From Eledone cirrhosa (taxonomy: Eukaryota): DNA of 64,000 nt. Position 1 is the stretch's first letter. Each line of letters starts with the position of its first letter. The position numbers and the translations under genes were made by a program. The notes beneath the pieces are model-generated. The model saw nothing but the letters and a program-made list of their open reading frames with translations. It did no database searches and was not told the origin of the DNA. The stretch covers positions 26,350,001-26,414,000 of the forward strand of contig OZ024755.1 in NCBI GenBank assembly GCA_964016885.1. Reading direction: 5' to 3'. Positions 40,568 through 56,013 of this stretch are shown piece after piece.

Positions 40568-41554
40568 TATCATTAAAGATAAATAGTGCTCGTTACTCTG
40601 GAGTTTCGCTTGCTTATCACAGGGTCATCAAGCAAAACTCCAGAGTAACAAGACTTAGTATTTAGTCTTAACACAATGTATATTTAAACTCACTTCGGTA
40701 TTGAGTACACTTTTCTCTCGGCTCTCAACTCCATAATAATACACATACATACTTATATAATATGTGTGTTTGTATATATATATGTGTGTTTACGTGCGTA
40801 TGTGTGTGAATATATATTTGATAATCGGGTAACACCGCTAGCTGTAAATATTTGTTTACATTAATGTTGAAGTATATTGAAGTTATTTACACCAATGTCT
40901 ATAAACAAATATCAGAATTCCTCATACCAAAGAGGGACATATTCTAAGAGTTTTTTGGACATTTTGGAAACGGCAACTAAGTCGTAATTATTTTAACTAA
41001 AGTAGGTTGGATTGTATAATGTCTTTGATACACAGAAAGACGGGTTAGTCGTGAGTGAAACCACTTTGATCCCAGAACTGCTCGACCGGGGGCAAAACAA
41101 CAAACAGAATAGAGCTTTTTTAAAAAGACCAACGAATAATATATGAAATGCAATAGTGAAACAGAAGGAAAATCAATGTAACAACAATCTAATTAATTAT
41201 ATCTTTATATAAGGCACATTGTAGGTGATCTGATATGTAGAATTCTACTTCATTGATTTTGTTTCTTATTTCATCTCATTGTATATTGTTTTATTGAGCT
41301 CAAAACTGCTGAATTTCCTCATACATTTGAGGGTGGCTCTAAATGCATTGTAGTATTAAATTTCGGCTCACTACTTTGACATTCCACAAAGTAGATGTTT
41401 CCGTTAGTTCACGCGGCATCAGCATAATACATTTGTATTGGTGTCGATTCAATCAACAAAAACCTGCTACTAAAAGTCTGTGCTAATACGTCAATATAAG
41501 CATTGTTTATGTCAGTGTCGAGCGTCATAGAATGACTGAGACGTGACTTCACTA

Positions 41555-41618
<64 letters not shown>

Positions 41619-42130
41619 TTACTACTACAGAGATGTGTATGTATTTATGTATCTATATATCTATCTATAGAGAAAAATAAATATTTATATACATAATGAA
41701 GTGAATGAGTCAGTAGCAATAATAAAGGTGAATTAATGAGTGAGAGCGTGACATTAAGTAATTGAAAAGAAAAACGACATTTAAAAGTATGTAACAGGTA
41801 AAACAATTAAAACAAACAGACATTCTCAGTCACCAAGAAATTGTTTGTCAATGAGACCGTAGAGAAAAAAACGGAGATTATCACAAGAATTCAATGCTTG
41901 CCGTAAAACTACATGAGAAACAAAACAAAAATGGAGCAACGCTTAAAAGAAAAATATTAAGAATTGCTGAAACGGGACAAAAATATATGCCGTCATTTTT
42001 TACGTCTTCTGCATTCTTGTTTAATATTGGTTTCGTTTACCTTATAAATATGGCCAGTTTTTTTAATGAAGAGATGTAGGGCTCATCGTATTGATGAAAA
42101 TATATCACGGGTTCTTATTTGATTTATTAT

Positions 42131-42843
42131 GAATTGGCAGTATAGGTAGAGCGTCAGACACCATGCTTGGCGGCATAGAGTTATGGCCCTTTACGTTCTG
42201 AGTTCAAATCTTGCCGAGGTTAGCTTTGCCTTTCATCCTTACGGGGGTCGATAAAATAAAGTACCAGTAATGCACTGGGGGTATTTGCTGGCCTTGTGCC
42301 AAAAGTAGAAACAATTATGTAAAGATAACACGAAAATGACATAAAATGTCGGAGAACGAAACAAAATATCCCAAAGTATCTACTTTAAAAGCTCACAGCA
42401 TCAGTTGATATACTATTTTTCTTCCCCTTTACAGGATAGGATATAGATGTCAATGTACCACATTTTACTCTTCAACAATTCTTTTCCTACAAATAAATCA
42501 AAGAACAAATAAATGTTCTAGAATGTTTGAGAATGGCATAATTGTTTCTACTTTTGGCACAAGACCAGCAATTACCCAGTACATTACTGGTACTTTATTT
42601 TATCGACCTCGTAAGGATGAAAGGCAAAGTTAACCTCGGCGGGATTTGAGAATGACATAATGAGCGACAGCAACTGATACTTTTCTCTTTATCGCTCTAT
42701 ATATAATTGTTTCTACTTTTAGCACAAGGTCAGCAATTACCCCCAGTACATTACTGGTGTTTTATTTTATCGACTCCGTAAGGACGAAAGGCAAAGTTGA
42801 CCTCGGCGGGATTTGAACTCAGACCGTAAAGGGCCGCAACTCT
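42131..42843. mobile_element. Cluster of three SINE family A copies (42131-42318 plus; 42539-42648 and 42705-42843 minus)
   Basis: Shared central and tail sequence. The 42539 copy is flanked by the duplication ttgagaatg(g/a)cataat. Confidence 0.85.
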
Positions 42844-43091
42844 ATTATATATATGATGTCATTCACCATCTGCTACATATGATGACGATGACGTCGGTTT
42901 AAGATATATCTCACGTTATTACTGCTTTTTACACACATCAGCCCAACGCCTGGTTTGATGTGACGAGTGAACAGTTGTTTTTTGAACTAGTTTATACATT
43001 CTATTTTCTTACTACGAATTCATTACATCTACTTCTGAATATGCAATTTGGTAAACAGGATAAAGATATAGTAAGAATCACAATAATATTC

Positions 43092-43242
43092 TCTTCTTCT
43101 TCTTCTTCTTCTTCTTCTTCTTCTTCTTCTTCTTCTTCTTCTTCTTCTTCTTCTTCTTCTTCTTCTTCTTCTTCTTCTTCTTCTTCTTCTTCTTCTTCTT
43201 CTTCTTCTTCTTCTTCTTCTTCTTCTTCTTCTTCTTCTTCTC

Positions 43243-43275
<33 letters not shown>

Positions 43276-43543
43276 TCGTGGGGGCAGAGTCCTCAACCAT
43301 CTCCAACTGATCCAACTGGATCCCCAAGCGAGACAAACCAAGCTCATGGATGTTATCCCACCATCTTGCTCGGAGTCTGCCGCTGAGTCTCTCGCCGGTT
43401 GGTTTTGCCCGTAAAATCTGTCCAGCGATTCTTTCTTGAGACATTCTAACCACATGCCCATAGTATAAGAGCTGTGATCTCTCAATTCGGAGAAGTAGTG
43501 GCTCTACCTGGAGAGACTCTTTGATCTCCGAGCTGCGCACTAT
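43092..43543 (-). mobile_element. RTE-clade LINE 3' fragment (same family as 4148) with expanded (GAA)n tail
   Basis: VRSSEIKESLQVEPLLLRIERSQL...GHVVRMSQERIAGQIL. An (TTC)n run of about 150 bp at 43093-43240 is its tail. Confidence 0.85.
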
Positions 43544-43565
43544 TCTAATATAACATTCCATACTA

Positions 43566-43781
43566 AGGCGGTGGATTAGCCGTATCGGTAGAACGTCGGA
43601 CAACATGCTTTGTGGCATTGAGTTACGCCCCATTACGATCTGAGTTCAAATCTTGTCGAGGTTAGCTTTGCCTTTCATCCTTACGGAGACAATAAAATAA
43701 AGTACTAGTTACGTACTGGGGGCGATTTAATCGATTTTCCTCTCCCCCCAAATTGTTGGCCTTGTGCCTAAATCAGAAACC
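43566..43781 (+). mobile_element. SINE family A (longer variant)
   Basis: ggcggtggattagccg...gagttcaaatc...gcctttcatccttacgg. Confidence 0.85.
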
Positions 43782-44284
43782 TATATAACTTTCCGGATTG
43801 ATTGATTGTTTGGTTAATTCAGTATGATACTGTAAGCATTCATCAATAATTTCGGTATTCGATTTTACATCTTGAAATTATTTTTCTTTTGGGAAAAACT
43901 TGCAGTTATCAAAATATCATTTCTCTTTCTAAAGAAAAAACATCCGATACTGATGGTGAGAAAATTGTTAATATCATGAAATAAATGGAAGATATATAAT
44001 CAACGTATAAGACACGGATAAATACAAAACAAATATATTACAAAAAAGAATAAATTTAGCTCTATTAAATTTGTAAAATCTTCAGCGACTGACTGCTGAA
44101 ATATATATGAGGATGTAATCAAGAATACATTGCTACATTCGAACAACAATTAACTCTTAAGAAAGAAAAATGAAACAAAGCGATATTTCAATGTATTAAA
44201 CATATAGTGTAGAAATATGTTGAACTCTGCGAAAGAAAATAGAAGAGAAATTGATTTTGAAAACATACACTAAAATTTTCGGAC

Positions 44285-44497
44285 AAAACTAATCGGCAGG
44301 AGACCCATGGGTAAACTCTGAACAAGGTGGTTGGATAACATCCATGAGCTCAGCTAGTCTCGCTTGAAGATTCAGCCGGATCAATTGGAGACGGCTGCTT
44401 CTGACAGGAACCAATGGAAGGGTTAATTGAAGAACCTGGCCCCCAAATCTCCCCACGACCACCCCCCAGGCATAAGTGGGTGGAGGAGAAGAAGAAG
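44285..44497 (+). mobile_element. Short RTE 3' fragment, same family as 4148
   Basis: Nucleotide similarity to 4355-4555; ends in gaagaagaag. Confidence 0.75.
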
Positions 44498-46886
44498 TTA
44501 CGTATGTACTTATGTCTGTATGTGTATGTATGTACGCATTATTTTATTCCTAAAACACTAACATTCTAGAAAATTCAAATCAATGCAGATACACACTCGT
44601 ATAAAACATTTATAGTAATTCACAAAACAAGGAACTTCACACAATCTGCAATATTGTCTTTCTATCTATCACAGTATATCTGAGATTGCATTGTCTAATA
44701 TATCCTTAATTATATTTAGATGGTAGGGTATAATTTGAGGCAGAATTTGCTGTTGTATCTAGCAGAGTGAGGGATCACGTATAGACTTTTTCCTTGGTTC
44801 ATGGTGTTGATGTTATTGATGCTGTTTAGCTTCAAGTTATCTCCGTTTTTTTAATCAGATATAGCGTAACTTATACCCTATGCCATGTTACCCGTATTTT
44901 TACTTTCGATTATAACATGATTTGATTGAGATTTAAATATTTCTATTGGATCAAGAAACCGTAAGGAGTCTCTTCTCTATGTTACTAGATCTTTTCTACT
45001 TCTATATTTCGTGGAGATTAGGCTGCAATACTTATTACACATCTCTCTGTCTCACTAACTATCATTTTCTAAATACCCATCTCCTTCTCTTCCTCTACCT
45101 ACTCTACTCGCATCCTTCCTATTACATTTCCTTCTATCTATTTCTATCTTTAACTATTTCGCTATCTCACGTTCGATTTATTGTATTTATTTCTTCTCTT
45201 TATTTTTCTTTTAGTTTCATCTTCATTCCAATTTCATCGATGCGTTTCTGTTTTTTATTCTCTTTCAACTCTCATTTATACACTTCATCTTCTTTTCCTG
45301 CCTTTCTCATTTGTTTTCTTCCACTCCTCCTTCTTTCTATAACACGTTTCGCATGCATCGAACATGATCTAAGACTAAGTGGTTTTATTTGAATCTTGAA
45401 GCTTGATAGGATTTAAAGTGTATGGGTAAACTTTACATCTTCTTCTTGAATTAACGAACACGTCCGACTCTTCTCAACCTAGTCTACTTTATTCAAAGCA
45501 AACACTCAAATGATGTCAATAATTACAGTAATGTACTTACTAAAATTGCCAACTTATTATAAATTACATGGTGAAATCAATTTTTATCACGTAGGAAAAA
45601 AAAAGCATTGAAAAGGAAAGAAAAAAAAAAGAAAAAAATTATTGACAAATCAACAAATTAATTTATCACTTTATTAACATGAAATAGAATGCCAATAGCG
45701 CTAAAATGTGGAGAGTGTATAAAAGAGCAATGTTTAATGATGTTTACAGAAGTGAGAAATTCCCATGAAATCATGGGATATCTTTGACCAAACTGAGTTT
45801 AATTTGCGTAAATCATCTAATTCAATCACTTCAGGGCATACATAGTTTGCTTTTTCTTTCTGCAACGATGATGAGGATATAAATTTATATAAATACTTAG
45901 ATCGATTAAGCTTTTTCCACTACTGAAAGAAATCTTTATTAAATGAACTGTTATGGTTCAGTTGCCAGGAGCAGGTGAGTAATCTAAGTTTCTTGTTTTT
46001 CGACTGAGAATGGAGAAGAAAGAGAAAGTGGTGGGGTCGCTTTAGTTACGAGTATTTAAATAATTAGAAAATTAATTTGAAGGTGTGACGTGGGTAATTT
46101 TTGAGAAGTGAGTGGGTGAGGAGACATGGGGTGTAAGAGTGATGGTGTGAGTTTCTAAGTTACTTTGTTACCTTGTTTAAGACCACCACATGACATTGTT
46201 GATGTTTTTAGTGAAGTTCACTCTATTACAAATTGGTCTCCAGTTTGCGAGTAACTTTCTTCCTTCTTTCTACCACTCCTAGAGAATTTGTAACTTTCTT
46301 ACTTCTTTCCACCAGTTCTAGAGAATTTGAAAAACGGCTATGGGTATTGCGCTTCTCCTCCTGTTAAGTAATAAAATTATGAAGGTACCCAGAGGACATT
46401 GCTAATTTAGAATAAATGAATGTTGAAGTCAGCAATAGTAAAATTTATGTCAATTCCACAATAAATACTTTGCTGTGATATAAGTTGGTCCAGAACCCTA
46501 CACAAGTATTGTTTGAACGTGTTTACCTCTCAATGTAAATCGCGTTTGTTTTGCCAAAAGTTAGACCTCATAACACATTCGCCTCTTCTCTGGTTCTTGC
46601 TGGTATGTGCGTGAGCGAAAAATTTCAAATTTCACCCAGATTCGATGGTTATTAGCTTATAATTCTGACTACTTCAATTCGGCTGAAATTTCCAGTATTT
46701 AAATGCATGTCATTTTGATCAAACCGTTCAGATCTATAGATGTTTATTATAGTGAAGATTCTTGAATATCTTTGATATTTTGGTATCGTAGACATACTTA
46801 TGATGTGTCATCTGAATATGGAAAATAATTGCTTGAAGTTAATTTTTAATTTATTGAAATTATTTCTTCTTTTCTTTGAACATTTC

Positions 46887-47456
46887 TAATAATTGTTTCT
46901 ACTTTTGGCACAAGGCCAGCAATTATCCCAGTGCATTACATGTACTTTATTTTATCGACCCCGTAAGGATGAAAGGCAAAGTTAACCTTGGCGGGATTTG
47001 AACTCAGAACGCAAAGGGCCATAACTCTATGCATGGTGTCTGACGCTCTAACGATGTTGCCAATTCACCGCCTAAAATTCCTAATAATTGTTTCTACTTT
47101 TGGCACAAGACCAGCAATTATCCCAGTGGATACTTTATTCTATCGACCCCGTAAGGGTGAAAGACAAAGTTAACCTTGGCGGGATTTGGACTCAGACCAT
47201 AAAGGGCCGTAACTCTTTGCTGCAAAGCTTGGCGTCCGACCCTCTACCGATACTGCTAATCCACCACTAATAATTATTTCTACTTTTGGCACAAGGCCAG
47301 CAATTACCCAGTACATTACTGGTACTTTGTTTTATCGACCCCGTAAGGATGAAAGGCAAAGTTAACCTCGGCGGGATTTGAACTCAGATCGTAAAGGGAC
47401 GTAACTACGCTGGAAAGCATGTCTGACCCTCTACCAATACTGCCAATTCATCGCCC
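46887..47456 (-). mobile_element. Tandem trimer of SINE family A
   Basis: Three head-to-tail copies at about 46887-47073, 47083-47268 and 47270-47456. Confidence 0.9.
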
Positions 47457-48070
47457 TTCCGCTAATAATGACCATTAGATTTTTGTTTTATTTCTTCAAG
47501 TAGTATCTTCACAGGAAAAGCGGATCCAGATTTGTGTAAGTTGGAGAGCAAATATTGGAAGTTATTACTATTTGGGGTCATGTTATTGATCACTGGGAAG
47601 ATATAAATGAAGGCGTAAAACGAAAAATGCTTCAAATATTTATTTATCAATTTCTCAATTGATATTGTTATTTCCTATCAGAAATCGATAGTCTGTATAT
47701 TCAAATATAAATAATCAGCTGTCACTAAGAATATATTGAAATCCCAAAGCAATTTATCAAAAGAAGAAAAAAAGCAAAATAGAGTAACATTTGGGAAATT
47801 ATTTAACCATCCATCAAAATACCCGGATATCATATATATCCCTCTCACAGCCACCTCTCTCTCTTTCTACTTCTCTATCTACTTCTCTATCTATCTCATA
47901 CTCTCTATTTTATTCTCTCTCTTTCTCTCTCTCCCATTATATATATATATATATGTGTGTATATATATATATACACACATAGATACATACAAACATGCAT
48001 ACACACACACATACATAAATATACATATACATACGTATATATATATATATATACAAAGACATACATACAT

Positions 48071-48119
<49 letters not shown>

Positions 48120-48263
48120 GGGGTGGGGTGTCTGTGTCTCTATGTGTATGCATATAATCAGATGACAACGAAATCAGTGTAACGTTTTTTTTTATATATC
48201 TGATGAGGCGACGTGCCCATCCCTGAGTCAGGCCGTATATATATATATATATATGAATTATGG

Positions 48264-48333
<70 letters not shown>

Positions 48334-48390
48334 ATGTATATATGTCTGTGTGTGTGTATGAAACGGATGTACGATATGGATGTATATATA

Positions 48391-48436
<46 letters not shown>

Positions 48437-48525
48437 TATATAACTGCCAAATCAACTTCCCAATTGCAAGTCGATTGAAAGGTATGTCGTATCTATTTAT
48501 TTATAAGACTGTTTATATTGTATTT

Positions 48526-48581
48526 TGTCTGAAGAAGGCATAACATATTGTTAATATGATATCCCTGAAATATATATAATG
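48526..48581 (+). ncRNA. Minimal type I hammerhead ribozyme motif
   Basis: Reads tgt-CTGAAGA-[aggcataacatatt gtt aatatgatatccct]-GAAA-tatata-TA-atg, then aataaa. Stem II is 14 positions long with 2 mismatches; stem I relies on G-U pairs. Confidence 0.6.
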
Positions 48582-49124
48582 AAATAAATATGGTTTTATA
48601 AATATAGTTTCCATTTATTTAATATCATAAATATACTCCAAATACTTGTTGAGTGCTTTTATATCAGTTATAAATATTTACTCGTTGTTAACCCAACAAT
48701 TTAAATATAACTTTCCATGTATATATATATATATATATATGAAAAAATGGGGAGAAGAATACTGCAGGTTGCACATGGATAACATGTAATAAAATAAGTC
48801 CCTCATCAGTGATTTGCCGACGATCATAGATATTTCATTGCATGTGTGTATATGAAACGGATGTACGATGTTGTTGGATACACACACACACACGCACTAC
48901 ACACACTGACATTCACACTCAAACACACACACACACATATTTAGATATAATCATACTTTATGAAAATGTCTGCTAGAAACGAATATACATAAAGCTGGTT
49001 ATATTTAATCATAACGTTTGTCCATTGTACATGGTAGGACGAAAGAAAAATTAACGCTTTGCCGCTAGTTAACCATTGTTGTATTATTTTTCAAATCAAC
49101 AAAAGCAGCAACGGTAGTTGTTGC

Positions 49125-49135
49125 TGCTGCTGCTG

Positions 49136-49211
<76 letters not shown>

Positions 49212-49307
49212 AGAACGAAGAGTTATTTACAAAAATACGAATATATATATATATGTATATATATGTGTGTATGTATATATATATATATGTGTGTGTATAT
49301 ATATATA

Positions 49308-49340
<33 letters not shown>

Positions 49341-49383
49341 GTGTGTGTATGTATATATATGTGTGTGTGTGTATATATATATA

Positions 49384-49432
<49 letters not shown>

Positions 49433-49561
49433 ATGTGTGTGTGTGTGCGTATGTGTGTGTGTGTGTATGTGTGTGTGTATATGTATGTGTGTGTGTGTGT
49501 GTATATATGTGTGTGTATGTATGTGTGTGTGTGTGTGTATATATGTGTGTGTGTGTATATA

Positions 49562-49608
<47 letters not shown>

Positions 49609-49740
49609 GTGTGTGTATGTGTATGTATATATATATATGTGTGTTTATGAGCATATATATATATGTGTATGTATATATATATGTGCGTGCGTGCGCGTGT
49701 GTTACGCATACCCCCCCCCCCCCCACACACACACACATGC
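49125..49740. repeat. Compound microsatellite (TAC)n + (TA/TG)n
   Basis: Direct inspection. Similar simple repeats lie at about 3009, 7607, 8014, 13691, 15017, 21560, 29270, 30020, 36728, 41555, 47940, 59264 and 60757. Confidence 0.95.
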
Positions 49741-50295
49741 ATGCATACATATAAATATGTATGGATCAAAGTTAATTTCTTATTCGCTGCAACAAAATGC
49801 ACTTATAATTCTCAAGTCGACCATTTCTCCCATGGAGGTTTTATTTACAAAATTTCCAACGAATTCTACTAGTCATTAATTATTTTCAACATTATATGTG
49901 AATTCATATCTGTTTTACAATGATCTTCTTATAAATTTAAAAACAATAATCTGAAGAGTGCCAACTAGTAAAACAATGATATCAACATATGTAGAAAACA
50001 AACTTGCAACATATGAACATAAAACAAAAATTGTAAAATATAGTAGACAAATATCTATTATAGAAAAGATACAAATGTTTCGAGAAAGTTTTACGTGGAA
50101 GATAGATTGTGTAACGTGAGAGAAATAATGGAGAACTTGTTTAACGCTTTCATTATTTCTTTCGCTTTATATTTTGTTCCTAATAAGTTTTGTTCGCTGC
50201 TTTTTCTTATGAATTTCCAGTAAACAGTCTTAGTTGATGATAATGATGGTGGCGATGATAACAAAACAAAATGACTTCTGTCTTTTAATAATCAT

Positions 50296-50624
50296 AATTG
50301 TCTCTACATTTGGCACACGGCCAGCATTTAACCAGTGCATTACTGGTACTTTATTTTATCGACCCCGTAAGGATGAAAGGCAAAGTTAACCTCGACGTGA
50401 TTTGAACTCAGACCGTAAAAGGACATAATCATAATGATAATTGTTTCTACCTTTGGCACAAGGCCAGCAATTACCCCAGTGTATTACTGGTTCTTTATTT
50501 TATCGACCCCGTAAGGATGAAAGGCAAAGTTAACCTCGGCGGGATTTGAACTCAGACCATAAAGGGCCGTAACTCGTTGCTGCAAAGCATGGCGTCCGAC
50601 CCTCTACCGATACTGCCAATCCAA
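50296..50624 (-). mobile_element. Two SINE family A copies (one 5'-truncated)
   Basis: Same central and tail sequence at about 50296-50425 and 50438-50624. Confidence 0.9.
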
Positions 50625-50709
50625 TGATAATAATAATAATAATAATATTGGTTTCTTTATTAACTACATGGGGATCACATTAAGAAAACATTAAGGACGG
50701 CGCATGAGG

Positions 50710-50785
50710 TTACAGGATGGTACAGCACGGTACAGGATGGTAGAGGATGATATAGGACGGTACAGGACGATAGAGGACGGTACAG
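50710..50785. repeat. 10-bp tandem repeat (ggtacaggat)
   Basis: About 7 degenerate units. Confidence 0.8.
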
Positions 50786-50829
50786 TTTGTGCTTTAGCAT
50801 GTAAAAATGTTTTAACAAAAACAAGGAAA

Positions 50830-51295
50830 CAAAGAAAAACATAAAAAAAAACAAAATAAATTCACCTATAGGGGGCGGGGGAATTCGGAAGATCACTATT
50901 GGAGAAAGCCCACAAAAATCCACGTTCACCTTGACCTCCTCCAATCTACAGGTGCACACACAGAGCAAGCCTATTTACTCTGGCCATGCTCGCCACTCTC
51001 ACCCACCTTTTAAAAATCTGGTTGGAAGGTAGCACTTTCCTCTCCTCCTAGATTTTCCTCTTCAAGTGAAACGTGAAACAATTAATCGGGGCTTCACCGA
51101 AGAGGATAGTGATTACCTTCAATCCTTTCAAACCTGAACACCACACGACCTCTTTCACCATGGCCAATACGCTAAAGGAAGGCAGCTGGATGATCTTCAC
51201 GAGGGGCTCGGCTATAGCCGGATCCATCCAACACGTGACCGCTTGAAAACATTCCAGATTCAAAGCGCTCCAAAAACAGAGCATACACAAGCTTC
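50830..51295 (-). mobile_element. Tx1/L1-like LINE 3' fragment
   Basis: VLAMVKEVVW...FHLKRKI*EERKVL...FKRWVRVASMA, followed by a T-rich 3' region. Confidence 0.65.
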
Positions 51296-51599
51296 AGTTG
51301 TTTGAAATATACCCCAATCGTTATATTCCGACAACCAAACAGACTCTGTATATTGTATACATTCTTTTCAGAGCGTTCCCATCCGTCATTTTTACCTCAC
51401 CCGTTGTTGTACACACACATACATACATACATTTATATACACATATTTATAGCTGTCTAATATATATATATATATATATATATATGCACTCTCACAAATA
51501 TATGACTGTGTGTGTGTGTGTGACAGCTCCCATCTTTGCAGGTTTAGCTGGCCTCCTCCAAGGTATATCTCGTTGGAGGTCTCTTGGGTAATTTAATGA

Positions 51600-51767
51600 T
51601 AGGGACCCCAGTCCTATCATCTCATTTCTACAGCTGAGTAAACTGGATCAACGTGAAATAAAGGAAACAACACATCAAGGAAACAACACATTACCCGGTT
51701 CGAGAATTGAACTCACAACCATTCGATTGCAATCCCAATGCTCTAACCACGAAGCCACGCGCCTTCA
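51600..51767 (-). mobile_element. tRNA-derived CORE-type SINE, same family as 37281
   Basis: Minus strand: ggcgcgtggcttcgtggttagagc...gagttcaattc...ttatttcacgttgatccagtttactcagctg. Confidence 0.7.
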
Positions 51768-52374
51768 AATATATGACTATATATATATATATATATGACT
51801 ATATATATATTGAAACATTCACATATATCGATGAGTTCTTTCACTTAAAATAGCTAATAGATGTATTTACAGATATAGAAAAATCTGAAAGTCATTTTAG
51901 AATTATTTGCGTAATCACAAATTAATCAATGTTTGTATAACGTATGTTTACTGGCGTTGTTATAGTTGTTATTGTAGGGATGGCAGTAACGTTGGCAGAT
52001 ATGGCAATACATGTAGGTGTGGGGATATATTAGGTGATATCGGAGTTTACTATGATATGATGCCAATTGTAGAGATGATAGTTATGATATTTTGATAGTG
52101 CTATTGAAGAAGTGTGGTAATTGCCGTCTCAAAAGAATACTTAAAGATTTCGCCACAATTTGGCTATACCAGCATAATAATGTTGTTTAAAGTGGTAATG
52201 GCGGTATTCCAATCGATAGCTTTAGTCTTCAATGTGAATGTTGGATTTCTGAAAGTATGTTGCTAGTCTAGGTGGTGTCGCAGTGTTCCAGGTTATTATG
52301 TAAAATTTGAGGTTATGAGGTGGTATTCAAGATGGTAGTCGACGCTGTAGTGGAATTTGATAAAAGTGGTATAA

Positions 52375-52910
52375 TAATTGTTTCTACTTTTGGCACAAGG
52401 CCAGCAATTACCCCAGTGCATTACTGTTACTTTATTTTATCGATCCCGTAAGGATGAAAGGAAAAGTTAATCTCGGCGGCATTTGAACTCAGTCCGTAAA
52501 AGGATGTAACTCTGTGCTGCAAACATGTTGTCCAACCCTCTACCGATATTGCCAATCCGCCGGTATAATAAAGTGGTATAATAATGTCGGTGGAAATTGT
52601 AATGATTCAAGGTGATAGCGTTAATACCTAACAGAGAGTGATACATTGCAGGTGGTACGGTGTATACAATGTGATTTGGTGCCATGGAAGATAATATGGC
52701 AGTACTGAAAGTAGTATGGTGATATCGAAGATAATTGTTTCTACGTTTGGCACAAGGACAGCAATTATCCAGTGCATTACTGGTACTTTATTTTATCGAC
52801 CCCGTAAGGATGAAAGGCAAAGTTAACCTCGGCAGGATTTGAACTCAGAATGGCAAGGGCCGTAACTCTATACGTCAAAGCATGGCGTCCGACCCTCTAG
52901 CGATACTGCT
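52375..52910 (-). mobile_element. Two separate SINE family A copies
   Basis: Copies at about 52375-52562 and 52732-52910. Confidence 0.9.
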
Positions 52911-53579
52911 TGTATTTTTTGTATTTCTTTTTATTATATACAAAAAATACCTTACCACTACAACCACCATAATACTCTTACTTACCCGCTTAAAGTGCTT
53001 GTATTACATGTAACACCCTGCCACGCAATAATCATATATAAATAAGACACAATTGCATGCCCCACGTGTAACTAACGCATACACTAACTACTACATCTGA
53101 CTAACAAACTATCCTCTTGCATTATCTGTGTTAACTGCCGAATGTATTTTAATTTTGTTTTAATTTTGCTTTAATTTTAATTTTGATTTTGATTTTGAAT
53201 TTGAATTGCTATACAGAAATAATATAGTATAATATATGTCACTCCACTGTACATCAATATATATATATGTATCTGTATGTCTCTTGCGTTGGAAAGGAGG
53301 TCAATTAAGTGTACAAACATTGAAAAATGCTCCGAAGACTCCAAGCCTAGGTTTGGATGAAACAATTGTAAAGTGAATAAATGCTTTGAACATAGCTTTG
53401 ATTCTTGTGAATTCTATATACCTGGTGTGTAGAACAACTGATGTTATTATATTGAGCTATTTATCTTACTGGTAATAAGGTAGTAATAAATTACTGACCT
53501 TCACTGTTTAAGGTTTAAAATATACATAACTATAAAAAGTTTTAGTATATACATAACCATAAATAGTATCCTTAATATT

Positions 53580-54278
<699 letters not shown>

Positions 54279-54593
54279 AACCTTGATGAATACTAGGTCG
54301 ACCTCCGCAAAACCAAAAGCAACGTAAAACAAAACAAAAATAACGAAAATAATACAAGCAATAAGAACTAATAAGAACAGAGGAACGAAAATAATAAGAA
54401 AAATTGTGAACGATAATAATAAGAAAAACAACAACAACGGCTGATAAACACACTTATGCTCCTTAAAGTGGTATCGTGTTTTATAAAACAAAAACTGAAG
54501 TGAAGAAAAACAGGAGGGAATTGTTGAAGGTGGAGAATTTGAACTGGAGACAGTATTTGTATTTATCGATCTCACAATAGGTGTCTGTGTGTT

Positions 54594-54688
<95 letters not shown>

Positions 54689-54717
54689 ATATATATGTAT
54701 ATATATATATTTATGTC

Positions 54718-55349
54718 AGGTCACCAGTTGGTGCTACTGGTAACATGTATCCCAGTACAACCTGTCTCATGGTCGGGTCGTTGGCGACTAAACTGGCAAC
54801 CCCACCAAGGTTTCTTGGTGAGGAGGGTGACTTTGGACATCCTGCAGGACTAAAAACAAAACCTGTCAAAGGGCAAAGGAGCTCTTAAGAGTCAATGGCC
54901 ATCCAAAATCACCGGGAGAGATGACCCCTTTAGCCTTAGTCAAGGCAGAATTCTAGGAGAAGGAAAACTCTGATATAACACCTGCAACCCTGATGGTATC
55001 CAATGATGTTGACTTGTTCTTCTTTTTGGTAAATAGCATCTTGGTTAAGAGAGTGGGACTGGCTTTGTGCAGTGCCTTTGCTCACTATAAAAGCTTCACG
55101 GCACAGGCATTGCTTTATATCTGGAGATCTCTCTGCACTTGTCCTCACATGGGCCCAGCACTATGTGTCAATAATTGTCCTACCATGGGCCTAGCACTAT
55201 GTGTCAATGATTGTCACAGGTGTAGTGTTTGTACCAGAGGTTTCAAGTCGCTGGCTGGACTAAAAAGTCACACTCGTTCAGCGCTTCGGTAGGGGTTATC
55301 CTACATGGATGTAAAGTAGTGGCCGTACTCGAAAACGAGTTGGCAGCCA

Positions 55350-55351
<2 letters not shown>
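54718..55351 (+). mobile_element. Internally deleted RTE/BovB-like non-autonomous element between two (TA)n arrays
   Basis: An RTE-like 5' region is joined to a C-terminal C2H2-like segment [21 protein letters not shown]; no RT core is present. Confidence 0.55.
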
Positions 55352-55404
<53 letters not shown>

Positions 55405-55493
55405 GTATATGTATATATATATATATATATATAAAGTATATATGTATATATATATATAAAGTATATATATATATATATATAAAGTATATATGT

Positions 55494-55563
<70 letters not shown>

Positions 55564-55614
55564 TTATAAAGTATATATGTATATATATATATATATATAG
55601 ATATATATAAAGTA

Positions 55615-55652
<38 letters not shown>

Positions 55653-55707
55653 ATATATACATATATATATAAAGTATATATATATACATATATATATATA
55701 TAAAGTA

Positions 55708-55793
<86 letters not shown>

Positions 55794-55975
55794 ATATATG
55801 TATATATATATAATGTATATGTATATGTATATATATATAATTGTTTCTACTTTTGGCACAAGGCCAGTAATTATCCCAGTGCATTACTGGTACTTTTATT
55901 TTATCGACCCCGTAAGGATGAAAGGCAAAGTTAACCTCGGCGGGATTTGAACTCAGTATGTATATATATATAATG

Positions 55976-56013
<38 letters not shown>

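Noticed and set aside
43001-43633. 210-aa ORF with poly-Glu
   Set aside because: It is a chimera of an antisense SINE head, an RTE 3' fragment and its (GAA)n tail.
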